A DNA stretch of 64,000 bases, taken from Felis catus. Lineage: Eukaryota. Below, in pieces: positions 33,048-46,574 of the stretch. The stretch's first letter is position 1. The number at the start of each line of letters is the position of its first letter. Made by a program: the position numbers and the translations under genes. Under the pieces are notes generated by a model. It was not told the origin of the DNA and did no database searches. It saw only the letters and a list, made by a program, of their open reading frames with translations. The stretch lies in contig NC_058368.1 of the NCBI RefSeq assembly GCF_018350175.1, forward strand, positions 70,434,001 to 70,498,000, read 5' to 3'.

Positions 33048-36000
33048 AAAACTTGTTAGATTTTGGGCATAAAGAGGAGTTAAAGGTGGCTCTGGGGAGA
33101 CAGATGGTGGCACCATTCACTAAGGTAGGGGATGCTCATTTTGGGAGAAAGATGAATTCAGCTGTGGACACATTTAATGCGGGGGGGTGGGGGGGGGCGG
33201 GCGGGAGGCTGTAGTGCCCAGAGATTTCCCGGGGGACATTTGGAGAGAGAGAGCTGGACTGGACATGGATAGTTAGGTGGGAGCTCTGCCATGGACATGA
33301 GTGAGGACACCGGAAGCAGTGAGTAGAGTTAGAAGGCCGAGGACAGGACCTCAGGCAATTCTAGTAGCCGGGATGGTAGGGAAAGAGGAGATGGCCGAGT
33401 AGGCAGAGGTGAGTGTGTCCATGGAAGAAACCTGCCTTTTACCCCCAGTTCAATTTGATTTGTCTTTTGTTGTAAACAAACTCTTGCAGCTTCTATACTC
33501 TCACCACGGTGACTCTGATCCCCAGACTCTCCATTCTCCTCGTTGTCTCCAGTTTACAGCCCATTTCTGGCAACTTCCATATCAAGTCTGGAGTTGATTT
33601 CTCAGCAAGACTCTCAGAGACCTGGTGTTCCTGTTCCGCTACAGTCATCTGGTAAAACCCCAGCTCATGTTCATGTGTGGCACCTGATCTGAGCTGAGTC
33701 CTTGAATTCAGTCGTCTCCCTGGGCCCTTACCCTTTCATCCCTATCCTCAAGACTCTTCCCAGTCTCTACCCATATCACTCTTAAAAGACCCACAAAATA
33801 AGGGCTGTCACCTGGGCACGGTCTCTCTCTATCTTGTTTATATCCACACTTTAATAGTTGTCAGAGACTTCACGTGGAGTGGGTGACACTCTGGTTGAGT
33901 TTTGAGGGATGAGTGAGTTGGTTTGGCATACAGACTTTGTTCCTTTCCCTTTTCCCCAGGCTAAAAGAATGAAGCCCCTTCCCCTAGCCCCCCTCCATCT
34001 CTTGGTAATTCATTCTTTACTGCCTTTGCCGATTGCCACTTCTTCATGCTCTCTCTCCTCTGAGAGCATGAGCCCGACATGTGGTTAAATCTGGCGCTTT
34101 TTCTTGTTGATACTGTAGGGGGCTTTTCAGAGACTCCCAGAGTGCTTCAGATCCCCTGCCTGTGGAAAGGAGAGAATATTAGTATCTGTTTTATTGAGTT
34201 GTTGTGAAGATTAAAAGTTAGTGTGTATAGGGGTGCCTGGGTGGCTCAGTCGGTTGGGTAGCTGGACTACAGCTCAGGTCATGATCTTGAGGTCTGTGAG
34301 TTGAAGCCCCGCATCAGGCTCTGTGCTGACAGTTCAGAACCTGGAGCCTGCTTCCTATTCTGTGTTTCCCTCTCTCTCTGCCCCTTCCCTGCTTGCTTTC
34401 TGTCTCTGCCTCTCTCTCAAAAATAATAATCATTAAAAAAAAATTTAAAAAGTTAGTGTATGTAAAGCTCCTAGATCAGGGTTAGGGTTTTGTTTTTTGT
34501 TTCTTTTTAAGCTTATTTTTTTTGAGAGAGAGGAAGAGCATGAGTGGGGGAGGGACAGAGAGAGAGAATCCCAAGCAGGCTCTGCATTGTCAGTGCAGAG
34601 CCCAATGCAGGGCTTGATCTCATGAATCATGAGATCGTGACCTGAGCTGATATCAAGAGTCAGACGCTTAACCCACTGAGCTACCCAGGCACCCAAGCGT
34701 TAGGGATTTTCAACTGGATCTTCCTCCTGAGTGTGTTCTGAAAAATGCAAAAGCCTAACCCACCTGTCTATCCTGCACCTTCCAGCTGCTGACTGCTGTT
34801 TCTTCTTACCAACCACAGTCCTTGAAAGATGACCTTTGCTTGATTTCCTTTCTCACATCCCTGCACTCTTTAGCCCTCTACAGTTCATCAGCTGTTCTTC
34901 GGGGTTTGCCCACTGGCTTTGTACTCCACCCACCACAGCCGGAATCTGCCCCACCTCTCCATGAAAACTACCGTGGACCAGGTGACCAGGGACTTCCACA
35001 CCCACGAATCTACTGGGTGCTTCCCAGTCCCTGTCTTAGTGGAATGTTTTCTTGCATTGGCTTTGGTGAACATTTCTTTCTAAACTTCTTTACTCCTTGA
35101 CTTTTGTTTTTAAATTCCGTACTCACCTGGTTGTCTCATATCCTCAGCGTTTGCTGGATTTGGCATTAGTGGGTATGGTTACTGTAAAGAGGGCAGTTTC
35201 AGTGGCTCATTAGGGTCGAAACCTGCTTAGTTGAGTTAAGGAGTGAACCAGAGGTGGAGAGTAGAAATAGGGAGAGTGGACCATAGGGACACACAGCTGG
35301 GGAGGGAATCTGGGGGAGACACAGCTCAGTTTGGCCCTTTGAAGACTTAGGTGCTTGGGTATCTTGCTATAACTAAATTCACACAGCACTGAGGTGGGAG
35401 CCAGTACAAATTTATTAGACTGAGAAATACAGTTTTGAGCTGAGGTGGAACCAGTGAAACTGGTTTTGATCCAAAACCACCAGTTAGGGAGCTTGGTGTC
35501 AGATGTGGTTAGGGGAGTTAGATGCATACAATGTCCAGTAGTGTCAGTGACTGTAAGGATATTTATCTCACTCTGGAGATGGGCAAGCTATAGTGACGGG
35601 TGGGGTCATTCAGGGTCTGCATACTCTGTCCCCTGCGAAATGCTGAAATGGACACCTCGACAATTTACCACTGCAGCTGTTTTTTGCTCTAAAGAAGTAC
35701 CAAGCTGTGTTGTTACTGACATATTCTTAATTTACGTATTCAGTGTGTTAAATACTTGTGGGAGATGATCAAATATTTTTGTCTCTCACCATCCCTTTAA
35801 AGTGTATGCAACTTGGAAAGCTTTCTGTCTTTATGAAAAGGTATCAGATCTATGACTTTTTTATTCACTCTTCAAGTTATTGATTCATCAGTTGTTTAAT
35901 GAGCACTTCTGTGGGCCAGCCTGTCTTCCAGATGCTTGGAATTCAGTAGTAAATAAAAGACAAAAAATACATTCAGGTGGCGCTAATCTTAGGAAATAGA

Positions 36001-39000
36001 AGTCACAAAATACAGGCTCAACTTAAATTTAAAAATATGTAGTTAAGGGCACCTGGCTGGTTCAGTTGGTAGAGCTTGATCTTGATCTCTTGATCTCAGG
36101 GTTGTGAGTTCGAGCTCCATGTTGGACATGGGGCCTACATTAAAAAAAAAATGCAGTTGAACATTTTAGTCAGCACTTCAGTCTTCATTCAAAGGTAAGA
36201 CGTTTTCTCCTTTCTCCCAGTTAAGACTTGTACTTGGCAACCACTTGCTGTGAGAGAAAAGGCTGTGATTGGCTTCTACTCTTTTTTGTGTTCCCCTCTG
36301 TCTCAGATTTTCTGTTTCTGATCTTACTAGGTTCTAGACTGAGTGGTGTGGGAGGAGGAAGGAATAGGAAATAGGATAGTTCTTTAGTTAAAGCTGACCC
36401 TCTTGTGGGCTCTTTAGATTCCTGTGAGCCTACCGTCCCTGTTACTCCCCTGGGCTTGGGTTGGGGCGGGAGGACGCATCTTTATGTTAGTGGACTTTAT
36501 TTGATGACTCTTCCTTAGTTCCTAGGAACTTAGGTCCACCTGCAGTTTCCTTCTTCTGGAGTCCTTTTGGCTTGCTTAAGAGCACTGTCGGACTGAAACA
36601 GACTTGACCCCATTGCTGACCATTGCATGCGGTGCATCTCTGCTTCTCTGGAATTGCTGGGTTCTTTGCCTTGGTTGTGCATGTGAACCCTGTGATCAAC
36701 TTGGCTTCTTCTTCTACTCTGGTTTACCGAGGTGGAAAGCCACCATGTCACCTCAGGCGTCACATATTTAGCTCACTGAATAGGCCCCCTGAGCCCCCGA
36801 CTCAGCTCGATGTGAGGGTGTAGTTGTACTCACCACACTTGGATACGCACACCACAGATCTTTTTCCTCATGCCCTCTGTTCAGCAGAGAACTCTTGCTG
36901 TTCCACCCACTCTTTCTATCTTCATAATAAGGCTGAGAGGAATCTTAACAGACATGGGATTGCATTAGATTAGTTTTCTTTGTAAATCCTGCATTTTGGT
37001 GTAGAACTTCCCTTTGGTGTGCAGCAGCCCTTGTATTTGGTACCTTAATGGAAACTCCAGTTTTATCATCTTGTTCTAGTTGTGTTTCTCTTTTGGGGGC
37101 CAAGAATCATTTTGGCTGGCCCTTGAAAGGTGACATTAGAATTTATATTTTCTGCTCTGATTTCATTATTTGTTGCAGTAAAGGATTAATTCATCAGGTT
37201 TGGGTTGCCCAAACCCTGCACAGTTGCCTGTAATGCTTGACTCTTGGGGATAAGCTATTTCCTACATTTCTTAAGTTTTTGAGGAGTACAGTATATCCTT
37301 GAAACGCTCAAGGAAGATATTATTTAAGAATTTTAACTGAGGGCGCCTGGGTGGCTCAGTCGGTTAAGGGTCTGACTTTGGCTCAGGTCATAATCTCTTA
37401 TGAGTTCAACTCATGATCAACTCATGAGTTCTTGAGTTCAAGCCCCGAGTCGGGCCTTGTGCTGACAGCTCAGAGCCTCGAGCCTGCTTTGAATTCTGTG
37501 TCTCCTCCTCTCTCTGTCCCTCCCCTGCTCATGCTCTGTCTCTGTCTCTCAATAATAAATGTTAAAAAAAATAATAATAATTTTAACTGAGAAGGAAAGA
37601 CAGGTATTAATTAGGGAAGGACAAGCTTGAGGGAGGATGCTTTATTTTTTATTTTTTAAAATATTTATTAAGTAATCTCTACACCTGACATGGGGCTCAA
37701 ATTCATGACCCTGAGGTCAAGAGTTGCATGCCCTTCCTACTGAGCCACCCATCGCCCCAAGGGAGAATGATTTTAAAAAGTGTTTCTTTTTCAGTCTCAA
37801 AGTAATTAATCACATTATAGAAAGTTTGAAAGATAGAGAAAAACCACTGTTAAGCATTTCCGTTAATTTTTTCATCTTTTTCTTCTTTTTTCTTCATATT
37901 TTCCTCAAGATATTTATATAATTGGTTTTTTTATATTTAAATTTTAATACTTATTTTGAGAGAGCGAGCGAGTGGGGGAGGGGGAGGGGCAGAGAGAGAT
38001 GGGGGAGAGAATCCTGAGCAGGCTCTGTGCTGTGAGCACAGAGCCCAGTGTGGCGCTTGATCTCACAAACCATGAGATCATGACCTAAGTCGAAACCAAG
38101 AGTCAGACGGATGCTTAGCCAATTGAGCCACCTAGGCGCTCCTTATAGTCTTGTTTTAAATGAACTGATTTTGTTACGATAAATTGAATAAAGTTCATTT
38201 TAGAAAACTCTGAAATATGGGAAAGTAGTAGAAAGAAATAAAAATAGCACTTATTGACATTTTGGTATTTATCTTCATACTTTTTCGAATGCAAAAGTAA
38301 ATATCCAAATAAATAATTAAAAATAAATTTATCACACTCATGCTATTTTGTAACTTGCGTTTATTTCACACAAAATACTTTTAAAAAGCAATCACAGTGA
38401 CTATGTGTGTATTCTGTTTTTCTCTCCTTTGTCATAAGCATTTTCCAAGTATGCTGTTCTTACAGAATTAGGTTTGTGCTTCTCTCCTTTCTTTTTTTTT
38501 TCTATTATAGTGATGCTTAGAGCATCTTAATTTTCAGATGTTTCTAGAGGTGAAAGAAGAATAAATAAACTGTATTATCTTATAATTTTTGATGCATGCT
38601 GCCAAATTCCAACCCCAAAGGATGGTATAACTTCACCACAATTTAAAGGAGAAAAGATTGTTTTCCTTAAGTTATTATATTTAATTTTCAGAGTAATGCT
38701 AGGTATTATTATCTTTGCCACAAATGAATACTTTGAAGCTCAGAACATAACTCATCCAAAATCACATAACTAGTATATATGTAGAAGAGCTAGGATTTGG
38801 GGGCACCTGGGTAGCTCAGTCGGTTGAGTGTCCAACTTCGGCTCAGGTCATGATCTTACGGTTTGTGGGTTCGAGCCCCGCATCAGTCTCTGTGCTGACC
38901 GCTTGCCTTGGAGCCTGCTTCAGATTGTGTCTCCTTCTCTCTGCCCCTCCCCCACTCATGCTTTGTCTCACTCTGTTTCTCAAAAATAAATAAATGTAAA

Positions 39001-39309
39001 AAAAAAAAAATTTTTTTTTTTTTTTAAAAGAAGAGCTAGGATTTCAACCCAGGTTTGCCTACTTCCAAAACTAATGTAAATTTATTCCCCCTTCCCTTGA
39101 AGGAAAATGGCTAGGAGCTATGGCAATATAACTTCTAAGCCTTAGGAAAAATTCCTGGGAGAAAGAGCCATAACCTAAATGAGGGGTCTACATATCTATA
39201 TGATTTCTTAAAAATTTTCAATTAATGACTATTAAGTGTGAGTTATTGTTAGTTTTACTTATGTCACACTATAACTGTAAATTTTGTTTGTGTAACATAT
39301 CATGTAACA

Positions 39310-39540
39310 ATTACTGCTAGGCTCTGTTCTAAGCAGTTTCCATCTATTAACTCATTTAATTCTCAGAACAACCTGATGAGGTAGTGGGATTATTCTTCCC
39401 AGTTTGCAGATGAAGAGGCTTTGGCACAGACGTTTAAGTGGCTTTCCCAAGATCACATAGCTGGTAAGAAGCATGATGAGAATTTGAACCTAGTCAATAT
39501 GAGTCCACTTTCTGTGCTCTGAAACGAATGCACAGTACTG
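39310..39540 (-). mobile_element. MIR SINE (other MIR fragments at ~7450-7650, ~12810-12980, ~49270-49500)
   Basis: aactcatttaattctcagaacaacctgatgaggtag...ttgcagatgaagaggc...cccaagatcacatagctggtaag...aatttgaacc; MIR core. Confidence 0.75.
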
Positions 39541-42500
39541 CTTCCCAGACTTAAGGAAGTATTATTAACACTTCTCTCTCTTGACCACTGAGATAGTTGT
39601 AGTCTAGTGATGAATGTAATAGCTCAGCTTTGCAGTGGAGCTCTTTTCCGAGTCCTGGAAAACTGCATTGCTGTGTCCTGACTGCTGTAGATGTGCTCCT
39701 GTGTTCTACTATGTTCCTTTCAACCCCCGCGTCTCCCTCTTTCTTTCTAAGTAGTAACCAATATCCTGTTTTGCTTTCAGTTGGGATGTTTTATGTCCTA
39801 ATTAGGATCTTTTTGTCATAGCTAATACACTATAGTTATTTGCATTTTCTTTTTCTTTCTCTCTTCATCCCTTATTAGTCAAGTTATTATCTTCTTCTGT
39901 TCTCAGGTTGTGTCAGTATTAGTCATATTAATGATGATGGAGCCTATCTCAAATCAGGCTGTGATAAAAATGCATTTCTAGGGGTGCCTGGGTGGCTCAG
40001 TTGGTTAAGCGTCCAACTTCATCTCAGGTCATGATCTCATGGTTTGTGGGTTCGAGCCCTGCATCGGGCTCCACACTGTATACGGAGTCTGTTGGGGATT
40101 CTCTTTCTCTTTCTCCCTCTCTGCCCCTTCCTCCTTGTGCATGCATGCTCGCTCTCTTTCTCAAAATAAATACACTTAAAAAATGCATTTCTATAGAATT
40201 TTAATAAGTAAGTACAATCTGATAAAGAATATCTTGTAAATAATTTACTCCAGCATTTTTAAAGTGTGCCTTGTGGAACTCTGGAAGAGTGAGGAGCTGC
40301 TTAAGTTTTTTGTTGTTGTTTTGTTTTTAAATGTCTCCCTTGGGCCTGTGTTTATTTATTTTATTTATTTATTTTAGAGAGAGCTGAGCAGAGGAGAGGG
40401 GCAAAGGGAGAGAAAGAGAGAATCTCAAGCAGGCTCCATGCTTGGAATGGAGCCCAATGTGGGGCTCAGTCCCACGACCCTGGGATCATGACCTGAGCCA
40501 AAATCAAGAGTCGATACTCAACCAGCTGAGCCACCCAGGTGCTCCATTTTTTTTTAATTAAAAAATTGCTTTAAGTTTATTTTTAAGTCAAATAATATAA
40601 TGTTTAGCTGATTTTTTAAAAGTTTGTTTTTGAGAGAGCATGAGTGCGCATGAGCAGGAAGGGGCAGAGGAAGAGGGAGAGAGAGAGAATCCCAAGCAGG
40701 CTCCATGGGGCTTGATCTCACGACCATGAAATCATGACCTGACCTGAAATCAAGAGTTGGATCCTTAACCAACTCTTTTTTTAATAATCTCTACATGTAA
40801 TGCGGGGCTTGTACTTAGGACCCTGAGATCAACAGTTGACTGCTCTTCTGACTGAGCCAGCGAGGTACCACTTGTTTAGTTTATTTTTATTAGCTTTATT
40901 AAGATACAGTTGACAAATAAAAGTATTATATATTTATGTTATATGTGACCTTTTGTTGTACGTACCTGTTGTGAAATGGTATTGAAATCAAGTAAATTAA
41001 TATATCCATCATCTCACATAGTTATCTTTTTGTGTATGTGTATGTGTGGTGAAAACATGTAAGGATCTACTCTCAACAAATTTCAAGTATACAGTACAAT
41101 GTTTTTATCTATAGTTATTCTGTATGTTGCTTAAGTTTTAACCTTCATTTAAATTATGACTATAAATGAGAGTTAAAATTTAACCCTCATTTAAATCATT
41201 GTTCTCTTTCCCAGATATGTTTCTTAAGAGTTTTTAAGTTATGTTGTCATTGTTCTCAGACGTTTTCCAGTGTTGATGTCATTTTGGTCCCTTGAATGTA
41301 GCACCATAGAGTGCAAAGAGCATAGTATTACTTTTTGGCAAGTGTTCTGTAGCTGAGTATGGTCCTGATGTTGCCAGCCGTACTGTTTTTTTTAGACTGA
41401 GAAGGCAAATTAGTACTTCTGAGACCTTTAGTGGCCCTGCAACAGAGAAATTTGACTTTATCAACTCTTTGATTCTAAGACTTACTGGAGATGGTTTTCA
41501 TTGAATAAAATTTGGGAACTATAAGGAAGAAACATAAAATTCCATGTCACGGTACTGCCCAGACTTCATTCCTGTTTACATATTGGTGTTGTGTAAATTT
41601 TGTCACCTATATGTATGTATAGAAACAAGTTTAAAAGAAAAGTTGGACCTGTGTACAGTTTCGTATTTTGCTCTTTTCACTTAATCTTTTTAAATGAATT
41701 TGCCTTGTGTCGTTAATAGTGTTCAAAGCTGGCTTTTAACTTTGTTTTGTTTTGCATTATTACAAAACTGAAACATGCCTGCTGGCAGAAAATTCGGACA
41801 TTATACAAATACAGATGTAGAAAGGAGTGGTCCCACATAATGACTACCCCACTGACAAACCACCCCTGACAGCTTAGTGCTCCTTCCCTTAGACTTCTTC
41901 TGTGCAGTGTTTACCTGAGCATTCTTTTCTCTCTCACACATGTGTACATGCCTACATGTGTGTGTATGTGGCTTTACACAGACATGGCATTCAAATATGC
42001 TTCCCTGAAATGGTCTTGGATACAGAATCATAACTTTGAAATATCCTAAAAGGTTGTATTAAAATGTTTTTCTCCAGCATTTCCCCATTTAAACAGTGGT
42101 GAACATCTTTATCACTAAGTTATTGATCATATCTTTGACTTCATCCTAAAGAAATGATCACAGATGTGGAATTACAGGATCAAAGAAAGAAGAGGAACAT
42201 TTTAAAGCTCTGATCTGTATTCCTGAATCCTTCCAGAAAGGATGTATCATATCCTTTTTATCAGCTTAGGAGCATATCTGTCTGACCACACTTGTAACAG
42301 TTGAGCATGATAAGTTAAAATAATTTTTGCCACTTAAGAGATGAAAAAAATGGCATTTTATTGTTGTCTTAATCTGCATTTCTTTGAGAGAGTGAAATTT
42401 TTTCTCCTTTCATATTTACTGGCCATTTAAAAAAATTTTTTTTAACACTTATTTTTGAGAGAGAGAGACAGCACGCGAGCAGGGGAGGGGCAGAGAGAGA

Positions 42501-43114
42501 GGGAGCCACAATGTGAAGCAGGCTCTAGGCTCTGAGCTGTCAGCACAGAGCCCGACCCAGGGCTCAAACTCACAAACCAGGAGATCATGACCTGAGCTGA
42601 AGTTGGAAGCTTAACTGACTGAACCGCTCAGGCGCCCCTTACTGGCCATTTTAATATATTTTTTAACAGATTTGATTGTTCATGTACTTTGCCCATTTTT
42701 TTTCTACTGGAATATTATAGTTTTATTAAGTTCATTTATAAAAGCCTTTAAGGGTTTTGGCTATTGTCTCGGTGTATGTTACGAATATTTTAACCACTTG
42801 TCAATTGCTTTTTAATTTTGTTCATGAAGTGTTTTCATATAAAGTTTTTCATTCATAAATAAGTCATTAAAATAAAGGGATTTAGCTCATAAATTTTATT
42901 AGGCCAAATTTATTCTTAATCGAGTCCTAGGCCTCTGAGATCTGTTGAATTTTCATCTAACATTTTTTGTATCTTTTTTCCTAATTAGGAAGATACTATA
43001 TACTGCTGGTACAAATTCAAATAGCCCAGAGGAGGAGGAAGTGAAATGTGAAGTTTTCTCTCAATGCCAACAACAGTTTGGAGTGTATTCTTGTAGATTG
43101 TTTTTCCCTATGAA

Positions 43115-43142
<28 letters not shown>
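43115..43142. repeat. (TG)14 microsatellite
   Basis: Perfect dinucleotide run followed by cgcacgc. Confidence 0.93.
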
Positions 43143-43145
<3 letters not shown>

Positions 43146-46100
43146 ACGCTTGTGTGCACACATGTGCGTAATTAATGTGGGTAATATAAGTGTATGGTAA
43201 CAATAAGTAAGTATATAATATGAATTCTCCTCAGTAGAAAGAACTACTTTTAAGTTCCTTTTTCTTTGCTGCTTATATTATAGCTACTATTATAGCTTTA
43301 AGTGATATATTTATGCCTCTACTGATTTGTCAATGACTTGTTCCGTTTATAGATTCCCCGTTGTGAAAGATGAGGAATTTGCATACCTCCAACATCTCCT
43401 TCATCTTTTAGTTTTGGTTTAGTTATTCCTTGAAGTGGTTACCTGTATGATTTTAAATAATGGAGGAAACTCCCTTTTTTGATTTACCAATTTTTGAACT
43501 ATCAGTAGATTCCACTATGAAAATGAGAAATTGGACCAAGAACATGGGTTCCTTTTCTGTACTCTAATTCCTGATTTGTGTTCTCTATATGCCGTGTGTG
43601 CTTACAGTCTGTTCTGTAATGGTAATGAAGCCTTCCATGCTTTATCAGTAAGTTAATTTTTATATAGAAAATCAAAGCCAATAGTTCTATTTATGTTATT
43701 ATGATTGTATATTTATGGTAGAACCAGGATGTGTAATTAGAGTCAGAAGGACATAGAGCCCTAGGTCAGAAAACATGTGCTTTTTCAAGGAGTTTAATTT
43801 CTTTTGGTGGTCTTCACTACTTTAAGTTCAACTCGGGGTCCCTGGGTGGCTCAGTTGGTTAAGCGCCCAACTCTTGATCTCAGCGCAGATCATCTCACAG
43901 TTCGTGGGATTGAGCACTGCATCTGCGCTGACAGTGTGGACCCTAGTTGGGATTCTCTCCCTGTCTGCCCTTCCTTCATGCTTTTTCTCTCTCTCTCTCA
44001 AAATAAACTCTTAAAAAAAAAAAAATTAAGTTAAACTCAACTACATTTGTTTCTTGACTCTTGCATCATTTTCTTCTTGGCTTTGTCTTTTTTCCCTGAT
44101 GGCTAGGGACATTCTCCCAGAGTAAGCTTTCATATAGAGGACACAGGTAGTGAACTTTCTGGATACTTGCTTGGCCGTTCTTGTACGTAGTGAAAGACTG
44201 AATTCGTAAGTAGCTAGTATGGGTTTCCTCATTATTTGTGGGTTGGTCTTTGTCTCCATCAGGCCCAAACCTTAAATGTCGGGGCTGATTGTAGGCTGTG
44301 TTCAAGTGTGTGTAGCACGTGGATAGGCTGGTTTCCCTATATGAGGCAAGGGATGGTGAGAATCCTGTTCAGTCAGCAAAATTAGGTGGGGTTGGCACTT
44401 TCTGTGAGCTTTACTCCTGAGTAAACTCTCTTGCTACCCCTTCCCCCCATTGCCTGTCACCCAGGCTGCCATCTGCTTTGGGAGTTTGACATTGCCCCAA
44501 GCTCTTTTCTACTTTTTTTCTGACCCTCTCAGTGTCTTCCCAAAGTACTTTGCCCCCTTTCTTCAGAGAGCGTTTCTTAGATTTTATTTTGGGGTAAAGA
44601 TTTTTTTCTATCTGGAGTGTTGGAATGAATGAATGGCCGTGTGTGGGAAGAAATGTGAGAAAGTGTGTCTCGGCAGGGTTTGGTGGAAGGGCCTACTGGC
44701 CCAGCTGTCATATGTGCACGTGTGGTGTTTACGGTACAGAGATGGTTTAAACAGGATGTGGGCCCAACGTGAAGTGCCATTGACACAAAGGTAAGATAAT
44801 GACTCCCTTTCAGAAAGTTCTTTTTCATCTTGATTGTATCAAAGAGCAAGTCTCAGATACTAGTCTGAAAACCTCTCTCATAGCAGCTCATTTCCTATGG
44901 TAGCAGAGAACAGGAGGCAGGCCCAGGTCTTCCTATCAGCAATAATATTAGTAAGAATTTAGTAAAGTGTGTTTATTTTTGTAGTTACCACCTACTGATG
45001 ACAGACTGACACTCATTTTCCATTTACTGTGGTAATACTAAATTTCAATTAAAATATGCTTATTTAATTAAATCATAAATGATTTAAAGAAAATAATAAA
45101 TGATAGGTGATACTGGGATATAGCAAAATTGTGGTGCTACAGTGAGAATAACTGAAGTTTGAGAAATGCTCTAAATTATTCTGATGAGTAATTCTTGTTG
45201 GTCATACTTCTTCCGAGGTCTTGGTGTTTATTGATTAGTTCCCTGGACTCTGGAAGGAGACATTTCTCTGGTGTTTTGAGAGTTCTTATTTCAGTATAAC
45301 TTTAGAAGGGAGGAAAAGTGGACAGGTGTATGAGTCTGTCACCTTGAACTTTCATCTAGCTGTCTTTTTGTTTTCCTTGCTTTTATTTGATGCTTTAATC
45401 CTTTTAGAATTAATTTTAGTACGTAGAGTTTAAGTGGGGCTTTTGTCCCCATCAGCTAGCCAGTTTCAGCCCCTGGGGATTAGAGATGTCAGTAGCATGC
45501 TCACACACAGAGTAGGTGCCCAAACGCCACATACAAGTCCAAACAAATAGATTTTAAGTTTGGTTCTCTTATGCTTTTCCACCAGACCCAAAAGGGAGAG
45601 GTTCCTTGGATCCTCAAAACTTTCAAATCAGACTTGGGTTTCTCTACCCTGCAGAAATATGTTCTGTCTGCATCTTTTCCCAAAATAGGCCCATTTAGTC
45701 TACATTAAACATCTGCTGAATAGGTAACTGCCTCTCCCATTTGTCTTAATCAGATGTTCTAGTGTCTATCTTTGTAGCTGTGGTATCCTTGTTATCCATT
45801 GTTCATTCAAAGATTCATTAGGTCTTTGAACATGTAGAACCATCTATGGTTTGTCATGAAGCTGTTACTGGCCACACTTTCCCTGTACTCGGCCTTTACA
45901 GCTCAGCCCTCTCTGAAAAAGTTTTTTTTTTTTTTTTTTAAGTTTATTTATTTTGAGAGAGAGAGGCAGAGAGAGAGTACGGAGCCAGGGAGGGGCACAG
46001 AGAGGGAGAGACAGAATCCCAAGCAGGCTCCACATCATCAACACAGAGCCCGATGCAGGGCTTGATCCCACAAACTGCGAGATAATGACCTGGGCCAAGA

Positions 46101-46506
46101 TCCAGTTGGACACTTAAGCACCTGAGCCACCCAGGCACCCCTCAGCTCAGCCCTCTCTTAAATTAACATCTCTCTGATAGACATTCCCTCTCTGGCGATT
46201 CTCTAGGCCAGGCTTTGAAAAGGGGCAGGCCACACAGATGTGTTTTATTTGATTCGTGTGTTGGTAGTGAGGCTTTTGGGGGTGAGGAGGAAAGTTAATG
46301 TGCAACATTTTATTTATTTTTACATGTTTATTTTGAAAGAAAGCACGAGTGTGCACATGCACCCGTGAGCAGGGTAGGGTCAGAGAGAGGAGGGAGAGAC
46401 AATCCCAAAACGGGGGCTCAGTCTCATGACTGTGAGATCTTGACCTGAGCTGAAATCAAGAGTCGGATACTTAACACACTGAGCCACCCAAAGCACCCGA
46501 CTTTTC

Positions 46507-46574
46507 CCTTCCTTCCTTCCTTCCTTCCTTCCTTCCTTCCTTCCTTCCTTCCTTCCTTCCTTCCTTCCTTCCTT
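46507..46574. repeat. (CCTT)17 microsatellite at a SINE tail
   Basis: Perfect tetranucleotide run between two minus-strand SINEs. Confidence 0.95.

Noticed and set aside
36480..36850. Cluster of short overlapping ORFs in intron 1 (possible retrocopy or alternative exon)
   Set aside because: No recognisable homology, polyA tail or TSD.
1917..46138. Recurrent ORFs of the type MAQSVKxPTSAQVMISxFxxSSP... suggesting a gene family
   Set aside because: They are translations of Can-SINE bodies, not genes.
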